Of a stretch of DNA of 30,769 nucleotides, positions 18,001 to 25,300 are shown piece by piece. Origin of the DNA: a virus. Its lineage: Duplodnaviria; Caudoviricetes. A program made the translations under genes and the position numbers. The notes beneath the pieces are model-generated. The model had not been told where the DNA came from and made no database searches. It worked only from the letters and a program-made list of their open reading frames with translations. How positions within the stretch are numbered: position 1 is the stretch's first letter; every line of letters begins with the position of its first letter. The stretch lies in IMG/VR virus record IMGVR_UViG_3300033067_000854, positions 1-30,769 of that record, one strand, 5' to 3'.

Positions 18001-19816
18001 CGGAGCGGGCGAACCGGGTGCGCTTCAGGTGGACAGCACGCGGAGCTTCTGGTTCACCGATGGGCGCTTGTATGCGGGCGCTTACGGGGGCAACAGCAGC
18101 CAACCCAACACGCAACTCGTGGTGTCCTCGGATCCGCACTCCCCGAGCGTTGCCCCGACATGCACGTCGACCGACGCCGCTGACCCGTTCTTCGTCTACA
18201 TCCAGGCTCCCGATGCCTGGAGCGCACAACGGCAGGTTGCCGTCGCCTTCTACGACAAGGCGCAGAACATCGTTGGCGACCCGTCTCCACAGGTGACGAT
18301 CAAGCCGGAGGCTGAAGACTCGTCCAACCCGTCCGGGGCCGTGCGTATCCGCCTGACCAACCTGCCGGTGTGCGGCGTGGACAGCCAGGTGTGGATCTAC
18401 CAGTCGGTCGGCAACGGCAGCAGTGGTGCCCTGTTCCGCGTGGCGAAGGTAGAGAACGGCACGGCTGAAGCCGCGTTGCAGGTCACCGACGCCGAGACCT
18501 CGCTGGGTCCGGTTCTGGAGTTCACGAACGCGGAGCCGCCGCGCTGCGACATCGTGGAGACATCGGGTGCGCGCATGGTCTACGGTGCGCTGGAGCTTCA
18601 GCCCGACGCCTGCCTAGCCTCGAAGCCGGGGTACGCGGGGCTTGTGGACTACTCCAAGGTGTTCCGCCTGAACTCTGGCTTCGGCGCGAGCGTCACGGGT
18701 TTGAAGGACATGGACGGGCAGCTCGTGGCGTTCAAGCGCCGCGCGGTTGCGAGCGTGCAGTTCGACGCCTCCAGCAATGCGATCGTCCAGCCGGTCTCCG
18801 GTGGAACGGGCTGTGTCGCGCACCTGACTGCGGTGTCCAAGGACGGGATCGTGATCTTCATCTCGGACAAGGGCTTCCAGGCGCTCTCACGCCAAGGCGT
18901 GACGAACCTCGCCATGCCGCAGTGGATCGGGGAGAAACTCCGCAACTACTTCACGGACAGCGTGGACAGCCGCCACTTCGAGCGTGCTGTGGCCTGCCTG
19001 AACCAGAAGCGCAAGCAGTACGTCCTCGCCCTGAAGCTCAAGGACGAGGTTCACCAGTTCGCGCGAGTCTCCCTGGAGACCGACCAAGAGCAGGGCTTGC
19101 GCTACAGCACGTACTTGAACCCGAACGTGACGGCGCTCGCCTCCGTGCAGTCGCCGGATGGCGGGACTGACCGGATGGTCGCGGGCACCGAGGAGGGCTT
19201 CGTGGTGTGGCTGGACGACGACCGAACGACGCAGGCGCTCCTGGGTCCGAACCTCGTCCTGTGGGGTAGCCCGCGCTTCTTCGTAGGCGCCCAGGGGACC
19301 ACCACAGGCGTCGAAGTCGAGCCTGACGGGGCGGTCGACTCCAGTTTGGACAACGTGCGTGGCGCGCTCCTGCGCTGGGTGGACACCGACGGCAACCCGC
19401 GCTCGACATGGGCGATGGAGTACGACGGCACGTACCTGCACTTCCAGGACGTTCTCGAAGAGGTGATCCCGCCCGACACCGAGGTCTCCATCGGGACACC
19501 CGGATACATCTGGGAGTCGGCGTGGATGGACCTGGGTGTCCCCGAGAAGCGCAAGGCGCTCTCCTACGTGACGTTCATCATGCGTGGTCAGGCGCAAGGA
19601 GCGGTGCTCGTAGAGGTCATGCGGAACTTCGAGGACATGGTGCTGCACACGCAGACGCTAGACCTGACCGCTCCCCCGCTGGTGTTCGACGTTGGCGGCG
19701 TGGACGGCAACTGGTTCAAGATCAGGCTGACTGTGCCGACGTTGGCCTACGGTGTACGATTCGAACTGGCTTCGCTGGTCTGGCGCTTCCAGATCACGGA
19801 GCAGACGCAACCCTGA
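12056..19816 (+). CDS. Giant tail nozzle/stabilisation-like protein (P22 gp10 or T7 gp12 functional class) with multiple LamG/concanavalin A-like inserts
   Basis: N-terminal DLSGGVN....LLQPNESPRAVNVDY and C-terminal propeller-type motifs (GASVTGL, GTGCVAH, VIFISDKG, WESAWMDLG.PEKRK) match podovirus nozzles. Internal LamG-like motifs include HVRIWS..R...LKAYWKCDDAEG and LVDEVRWF. It sits between the adaptor and ejection genes. Confidence 0.75.
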   Translation: MAQRQDTNGFLEFRQTDLSGGVNNSKNETLLQPNESPRAVNVDYDQDAVGSTSGSIKFNDQVAPGSAIRTRVDPSLSPLMALPRPLLGTSQDGTVDVPLCGYGYLPYSADNDIGGDYAYEGALYSETFHNRRGNTFELNTSFRIPADVKLYETPTNGLSSPPVLGTVTSYTPPNGFDEALDECFCIIQKGGDRLAPMSWALAVVNIGNGIGFDGVNPITGLPSRRPSNYGLVFMWYDAPGWGYPSARTMKYNLTSGALPNTNCTQAYRAVLIHKYVEPGTDYSISVQLKTDTGTPGGVATNTAWQNNGYFRVWVSENGAEPTSYTYEDSTGTATNLVVYKGPTDSLSYLSKYGVRYSGRDAMFLGLGQRFTPWMRCGFIPFGMDCAPLKSCGFSMADRSSLTTAGMYGAAANYDMLTDHVAPADTYAVVINRGLSSGNTWNGFDPKGGAVAGSEWDGYGGNGGAGIAFGNSEALRGYRVVFNNDALGAGAAGAIYTIGTYTEVGASYRLGLVSIGGQPAWVGRKTLIQCFRWHQRDLIIGHVRIWSTPRDYGAGGVVGSRRKVSLHSSIRLDDNTEPDIADLKAYWKCDDAEGATLHESVVGGTRNGFLLPFGNATTDGGTRGSQLVFLSGEGEAITRDLSEDPVYKREIQRMLSGDSQGFGFEISFVETEAFYAIQSAEFLPDSGTAPLTGARPRGVPDLVCWDVKDPATSGTRSVPRPLLVLSHRNLLSSQDPNAFKQAQAFSVAVGAASDQENIDAIVPSDLLPCFRTQAAAVLPYTPNTTYNRFDVTSPWVGRKVTIQVGVQRTTTADQYDVYISMTPKDAFNPANGDPSDAEFAYWTDGAVGTNYENTTYYTSAHMTIDRKDLERSVLTVGGRWNCKGIPSDTYNLGYTELNARMLVDEVRWFATSPAGALPAASGQVVTARNGKLEGSNCLPPRLLTSGDILEPLGSGLNAANVVQGTTTVTPPSQTSMFTAEPAASERAVKGTYLIVSGDEVDVPKLETYGVKKPEWYGISAVAAGGASLSIRSAYVDPSRNGTVANVFRLVGYTAFEDDIRDVPITLGRGKSYTATGVTVSDVILTDTFWSDLSPLNDGWKLRIYSPLGHSSSVQILPMWTRGVVTERRGPDDGILGLYGFNDKVYAAVRGAIYQADDRWRAVEFTPEIKYGLAFRAETLPGGVVGPLANDRVTFPVTASCMLPTWADTFGTIIEARGMIDSVSEYQTILWYGDPTSNPALTANNSTGQAVQYILRLNRGRPELVIGSTSAYTGVTLPEKGLFIATADTAVAVGEPFHIRFYLATRLTGTVLLKPYCKINGKKSSVRVNAVDVGVAGANDWLLTANIVVPTGTSRQYIVGCGRDSYRSADADQTFTSGSISGTLRSPQRLQGYLHSFNGTLADINMVQINTWSGYPTTQPPDFDPYNVDYDQPGNYLRIQVLHNPIGVGHRIQDLASENIGVIQSSPFVSVYHAFGMSTNNATWAEYGSQLYVTNGGKPAVIINGVGIQAGVVAPTVTPTFEVERFPLWAKNVRATSGTNDLNDPYLQATPGSAQQIYHQNSVGNTVLTTTLDSSSDASAMSWVKDGYFHLKGYVRPRSVAGRIQLWRRADGSQSGGPFLDIVDGAVRFGWYDLDLKKEVWVQSSGPVFQPNDVHYFHVRKRWPLDDLIETNWQNSYFSDGRVRRMVTTASIAFTVGERIVDAAVPTKAGWVTKINGAEIEYVKDVSLAPEFAAGNTVRNVAGTKSTTVKAASTVYRPMNDVLTVRRFKRSGESNTGTTAVVGSVRNRVSLTTSTLSVPSGTGASGMASVPGATYTGAAAGVVNSTVGSVFSADMIGMFWVWGGLAGTFAGKKYRITTYNSATQIVVTDEETGVNPNFAAIVAATEGAVFTGVELVRSEDFTNSKTPDNTQTVIEMMGSSIQGDVTSGYAPFDGEFYSFGYGVATGTGGTNAQCFETLDTSIGGGAGNDPITTGSDAFAVQNYDGAGEPGALQVDSTRSFWFTDGRLYAGAYGGNSSQPNTQLVVSSDPHSPSVAPTCTSTDAADPFFVYIQAPDAWSAQRQVAVAFYDKAQNIVGDPSPQVTIKPEAEDSSNPSGAVRIRLTNLPVCGVDSQVWIYQSVGNGSSGALFRVAKVENGTAEAALQVTDAETSLGPVLEFTNAEPPRCDIVETSGARMVYGALELQPDACLASKPGYAGLVDYSKVFRLNSGFGASVTGLKDMDGQLVAFKRRAVASVQFDASSNAIVQPVSGGTGCVAHLTAVSKDGIVIFISDKGFQALSRQGVTNLAMPQWIGEKLRNYFTDSVDSRHFERAVACLNQKRKQYVLALKLKDEVHQFARVSLETDQEQGLRYSTYLNPNVTALASVQSPDGGTDRMVAGTEEGFVVWLDDDRTTQALLGPNLVLWGSPRFFVGAQGTTTGVEVEPDGAVDSSLDNVRGALLRWVDTDGNPRSTWAMEYDGTYLHFQDVLEEVIPPDTEVSIGTPGYIWESAWMDLGVPEKRKALSYVTFIMRGQAQGAVLVEVMRNFEDMVLHTQTLDLTAPPLVFDVGGVDGNWFKIRLTVPTLAYGVRFELASLVWRFQITEQTQP

Positions 19817-19825
19817 GGTGATGCC

Positions 19826-20452
19826 ATGGTGTACGGACCCAACAGCGTGTACGACCCGAGCAAGTGGGCAGGTGGCGGTGCTCACAAGGTGGGCATGGAC
19901 CCGGCTACGTTGGTCAACGGGATGGGCTACCAGTTTGGCGAGAGCGCCGACTTGGGCACGCGCGTCTACGGGATCCCCGAGGGCGCGAAGGGTGCGTTCC
20001 CGCAGGCTGCGGGCTACCTGCTGCAAGGTGCGCAGCAAGGTCAGCAGAACCTCATCAAGAGCTACGAGGCGGCGTATCGCGGTCAGGCTCAGGGGTTCGC
20101 GGCTGGTCAGCGCGAGACCAACGATCGCATGGGCGGCGAGGTGGCGGCGCAGGGCTACTCGCCGGACCTCGTGCGCAGGATGCTCGTTGGCGGGCAGCAG
20201 GACACGCAGGCGAAGATCGGCTCGGCTTACGGGCAGAACCAAGCGGGGCTGCATCAGGAGCTTGCGACGCTGTTGCAGGGCGTTGGGGTAGACCTCGCGC
20301 ACCTCAAGGAAGACCAGCTCAACTTCATCATGCAGGCGTACATCGCCAAGAAGGCTCGCAAGGCTGCGGAGAGCGCGGGCTGGATGAACTTCGCGGGCTC
20401 GGCGATCGGTGCTGCTGGACAAGGAGCGTCTGGAACCAACTGGACGGGCTGA
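19826..20452 (+). CDS. Putative DNA ejection (pilot) protein
   Basis: 208 aa, Gln/Gly/Ala-rich and helical with a C-terminal FAGSAIGAAG, located directly after the nozzle gene. GAGGTG Shine-Dalgarno lies upstream. Confidence 0.55.
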   Translation: MVYGPNSVYDPSKWAGGGAHKVGMDPATLVNGMGYQFGESADLGTRVYGIPEGAKGAFPQAAGYLLQGAQQGQQNLIKSYEAAYRGQAQGFAAGQRETNDRMGGEVAAQGYSPDLVRRMLVGGQQDTQAKIGSAYGQNQAGLHQELATLLQGVGVDLAHLKEDQLNFIMQAYIAKKARKAAESAGWMNFAGSAIGAAGQGASGTNWTG

Positions 20453-20455
20453 CAC

Positions 20456-22327
20456 ATGGCGACCTTCAAGAACTACCAGCCGCGTAGCGAGGGGCTGAAC
20501 GCTGCCTACGAGATGCTCCTGCAAGCCGAGCTTGCCAAGGCGCAGTCGATGGGCAACGCCTTCGCGCCCTTGACGGAGGCGATCCGCAGCGGGCAGCAGA
20601 TGAAGATCGCGCGCGATGAGCAGGAACGGCTGAAGACCGCTCAAGCCGCCGAGACCGACTACCGCACGAAGTCGATGGGCTTGGACACGCGACGGTTGGA
20701 CCTCCAGGAAAAGGAGTTCAACACGAAGCAGGCGTCCAACGAAGCCTACGACGCCTATATGCGCTCTCTGTTGCACGGTGCTGCCCCGTCGCAGCCCGCT
20801 GCCACTGGAGTCCCGTTCACGGGCGGCGGAAGCGCCGCCATGACGCAGCGACCGGCTCTGTCCGCTGGTGGCTTGCTTGGACCGCAGCAGCCGCAAGGGA
20901 TGCCCGAGCCGCCGCCTGGGATGTTCACTCCCGAACAGTGGAGCAACATCAACGGTGCCATCAACACGATGCACGACAACGAGGCGCAGGACCGCAAGTA
21001 CCAGCAGGAGCAGGCGCTCAAGCAGCAGGCTGACCAAGCCTTCAACAGCGACCTCGCTGCTGCCGTCGCTGGGAAGATCCCCGGCGTCTCTGAGGACAAG
21101 GGTGCCCGCATCCGGGCGCGCTACCTCATCGACCAGAAGGCTGCTACCGAGGAACTTCACAAGGCTCAGGACGCGCACCTCGACCGCATCGGCACGCAGC
21201 GCAACACGAAGACGGCGGTCAAGGATCTCCGAGCGGCGATCCTGCCCAACGACCCCGAAGCCGACATCAAGAACCGGCTGCTCGACGGGCTGGAGTTGCA
21301 GGTCAAGAGCCTCAACGACATCGACCCTACCGTCATCTCGAAGAATCTCGAAGATGCGCGCGGGTACATCTACGGCACGGACACGCAGGCTCGGTCTCAG
21401 CGCAAGTCGGAAGCCGACAAGCAGGCAGAGGCCGAGGCGAAGTCGCCGTTCAAGTACATCACCAACCGCGACGAGTTCAAGAAGGGCGGCTTCGTGATGT
21501 CGGCGTCCGATCCGCTCAAGGCGCAGGTCGAGATGCAGGCGACGATGATGGCGGCAGAGATGGGCAAGTTGCGAAACGACGCGCTGATCCTTGGTGCGTC
21601 GAACCCGACACTCGACCAGATCTCATCGTTCCAGGACAGGATGTCGGCTACGGAAAAGCAGGCAATCCAAGTCATCAAGTCTGGTCTGTGGGCCGGTTCT
21701 GGTTGGTCCGAGAAGGCTCCAGGACCGGACGAGTCCACGATGCGTGCGCTTGAAGGGCCGAAACCTGAGCCGCTGAACGCTCCTCCTGGGTGGGCCGCTG
21801 CGGTTGTGGGCGATGCTCTCAACAAGTCGAAGCTCGCGGACGATCAGAAGGGTGCCATGCGCGACATGGCTGGAGCGGTGATGCCCAGCCTTCAGCAGTC
21901 ACCACAGCAGTCTGGGATCGCGAGCCGTCCTGATCCGTACAGCCCTGCGATCGGCATGGCTGCGCTCAGCCCAGCGGACCGAGACGTTCTCGCGGAGATG
22001 CACCGCGCGGGCAAGTCTCCAGAGGAGATCGTCAAGGCGGCGCTGGAGCTTCGCAAGAAGGCCATGAGCACAGGCACGGTTGCGCAAGACCCGTCCGTCT
22101 CCAAGCCTGTGAATGTCATGGAGGAAAAGTCCAAGGCGTTCTTGGCGAAGAACCGTCTGTCCAGTTTGGCTCCTGCTGATGTCGACAGCCTGATCTCCAT
22201 CGGCTCAAACCCCAAGCGGATCCGTGAGTTCCTGCGCTCGCGCGGCTTCAAGGAAGGCAACGTGCTGAACAGCACGGTGGACGAGGTGATGCAGCACATC
22301 AACACCTTCAAGAGCAAGTCGAAGTGA
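20456..22327 (+). CDS. Putative internal virion/ejection protein
   Basis: 623 aa, helical, Gln/Ala/Lys-rich with Pro-rich linkers. It is the middle gene of the small-medium-large trio typical of podovirus ejection proteins. Confidence 0.55.
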   Translation: MATFKNYQPRSEGLNAAYEMLLQAELAKAQSMGNAFAPLTEAIRSGQQMKIARDEQERLKTAQAAETDYRTKSMGLDTRRLDLQEKEFNTKQASNEAYDAYMRSLLHGAAPSQPAATGVPFTGGGSAAMTQRPALSAGGLLGPQQPQGMPEPPPGMFTPEQWSNINGAINTMHDNEAQDRKYQQEQALKQQADQAFNSDLAAAVAGKIPGVSEDKGARIRARYLIDQKAATEELHKAQDAHLDRIGTQRNTKTAVKDLRAAILPNDPEADIKNRLLDGLELQVKSLNDIDPTVISKNLEDARGYIYGTDTQARSQRKSEADKQAEAEAKSPFKYITNRDEFKKGGFVMSASDPLKAQVEMQATMMAAEMGKLRNDALILGASNPTLDQISSFQDRMSATEKQAIQVIKSGLWAGSGWSEKAPGPDESTMRALEGPKPEPLNAPPGWAAAVVGDALNKSKLADDQKGAMRDMAGAVMPSLQQSPQQSGIASRPDPYSPAIGMAALSPADRDVLAEMHRAGKSPEEIVKAALELRKKAMSTGTVAQDPSVSKPVNVMEEKSKAFLAKNRLSSLAPADVDSLISIGSNPKRIREFLRSRGFKEGNVLNSTVDEVMQHINTFKSKSK

Positions 22328-25300
22328 GCCAATCTCCCGTCACCACCGGGGATGACAAGGCGTGGACCGATCAGGTCCTCAAGGAACTGCCGTCGTACGC
22401 AGCGTCCAAGGACGCTCAGTGGAAGGCGCTCGACAAGCGCCCGCAGGAAGAGATCAACCGCGAGAAGTTCGACGCCGCTCCCGGAGCCGACAAGGCGATG
22501 TCTGCGCAAGACGATGCGTGGGCGCAGCAGGTGCTCGCTGAACTGCCGCTCTACTCCAAGGACATGAGCGCGTGGGAGAAGACCAAGGCGGGCTCTCAAG
22601 GCGTCGGTGTTGGGCTTGTCGAGTCTGCGCGTAACGTGCTCGTGGATCTGCCGCTCTCGATCCAGAAGGCTGCGGGCTTGCCGCAATCGTCTCCTGACGA
22701 CGCTGTGCCGATGGCGGATTGGCTGAAGACGGGGCTGGATGCCGCGACGAACGCGATGACTCCGAGCGACCTGCGCGCTCAGGACAGCGGTTGGTACTCG
22801 GCTGGCAACATCGGTGGGAAGTCGATCCTGCCGCTTGGTACCGCGCTCATGGGCGGTCCCGTTGCTGGTGGGTTGTTCGGTGCCATGCAGCAGGGCGGCG
22901 CGAGCGGCGCTGACGCCATGCGCAGCGGCGGCAGCGGTGAGGCTGTCGGCGGGGCGATGCTTGGAGGTGCCGTTGTCGGCGGCATCGGAGGTGCGATCGT
23001 CGACGGCGTGCTGACGCGCATCAACACCAAGACTGGTAACAAGATCGTCGAGGCGCTACTGCGTGACGGTGGCGACTTGGCCCAATCCTCCGCAGCCCGC
23101 AGCGCGCTGGTGCGCACGGGTGTCGCCGCTGTGCGCACGGGAGAGAGCGCGCTTGCCGGTGGGGCGACGGGCTTGACCTACAACGCGCTGGTCAACAGCA
23201 TCCACAACTACGCCACGGACGACGACATCAGCATCCTGATGAACTCCGAGCAGGCGCTCGGCGCAGGCATCGCGTTCGGCACGATGATCCGTGGTGCGAC
23301 CGAGGCGGCCCTTGCTCGCCGGATGCACACGGGTCGCAAGTACACGGCGAACGGCTGGGAAGGTCCCGAGTTGGACATGAGCGGGCTGCTCGACACTGAG
23401 CCTTCCCCGTTCGAGCCGCCGATCACGAAGACACCCGACGAGCACTTCGCTCCGCTGGTCGACAGTGCCGCGCGTGCGGTGGGAAGCGAGATCCACACGG
23501 GCGTCATTCCGCGTGACGCGACCGTCGAGGACTTGGCGGCGATCATGCAGTCGGAGCACGGTCTCCCGCTTGGGAAGGCTCTGGAGGCGGCTCAGGCTGC
23601 GCTAGACGAGACCGCGCGGCTGGATGAGGCCAAGCGCAACGCTTCCGTTCTTGAGGCCCACACGGCTTGGCAGGCGCGGCAGGCTGAGGTCGCGGCTGAG
23701 ACGGAGAAGTACCGCGCCGTCTACGAACAGCGCGCAGCCGAGGCAAGGGCGAAGGACGACGCCGCCGTCACGAAGGCGCACCAGGAGTGGCAGGCGCGCC
23801 GTCAGGCAAACGCTGCCGACGCCGACAAGTGGAAGGCCGTCTACGAACAGCGCGTGGCACAGGCGCAGGAAGCCGAGTCCAAGCGCATCCAAGAGGCGCA
23901 CACCGCCCTACAGGAGCGGCAAGCCAAAACCGCGTCCGAAGCCGACGTGTGGAAGACTCGCTTCGAGGAATCCCAGCGCGCCCGCCAAGAGGCTGAGACC
24001 GCCCGCGTGCGCGACGAGCACGTTCGGCTGCAAGAGCGGCAGCAGGAACTCTCTGCCGAGGAAACGAAGTGGCGTGACGAGTACCGTCGCCGCAACCCGG
24101 ATCCCGAGCGACCCCCTAACGCCGAGCCCGACAGTGCGCTAGGTAAGACGATCGCCCGTGAAGGCTTGCAGTCCGAAGCGCAGCGTGCCTACGAGGAGCG
24201 CCTCGCCAAGGCCAAGGCAGAAGCCGATCGCGTCGAAGCTCTGTGGCAGCAAGCCGCCGCAGAAGCCAACCCAGGTCAAGCAGCCGAACTCGGCGTTGCC
24301 GGTCCTCGCCTCCAGAAGGCGGGATCGCCCATGCTCCGCGCCGAGCCGGGGACCAACCCCGTCGTCGACCGCTCGGGGCGCACCATCGTCGACATCGGAG
24401 ACGGACTGCGCGGCACCGAGGACGACAAGAGCGGACTGCCCACCGTCACCTACAAGGCAGACGTGCGCACCGCCATGCTCGACGCAGCGCGGATGCTCAA
24501 CCCCAACGTCGCGCTGCGCATCGGCATGTTGCCCGACGACGTGCTTGGTCTCCAGAACGACACGACGAACGTGGTGCGTGTGCAGAGCGCGCAGGCTATC
24601 GGCACGATCGCACACGAGATCAGCCACGCGGTAGAGACTCGCATCCTCGGATCCGACCAGTCGCCGTTCATGGGCACGGGCGGCGAGGCGTTGGCGAACG
24701 AACTGATCGCGCTTGGAAAGAAGGCCAACCCCGGAGAGACAGCTCCTCACGCGACGTTCCTGTCCGAGGGCTGGGCTGAGTTCATGCGCTTGTGGCTCGG
24801 GCAGCACGAAGACCTGATGGGTCTTGCGCCGAAGGCCACACAGTGGTTCGACGGTCGCTTCCTCAAGCAGGAGCCCGAGTTCGCCAAGAAGATGGACATG
24901 GCTCGCGCGACGTTCGATGCGTGGCGCTTCCAAGGTTCCGTCAAGCGCACGGCAGGCGGCTTCGAGAAGCCGGTCTCGCTCGCGCAGAAGCTCACGAACT
25001 GGACCAATAACTTCCGCTCGCGCGCGATAGTCACGGCGGTCTACTCGTCGTGGGACGTGCTGCGTCGATATGAGAACGCCAAGGCTGCGGCTGGGTTCCC
25101 GACGCCCAAGGAGCAGCGTCTCGACCGGCTGATGACGGCGTTCGCTGGCAACGCGCACCAAGTCGCTGAGAAGTTCGTCCTCAAGGACGGCACCTCCGAT
25201 ATCTGGGGTCATCGCACGGGTGACTCGCTCAAGCGGGTGGTCGAGAAAATGCGCGGGCGCGACAACGCGCAGTCGGACCTCAACAGCTACATGAAGGCGC

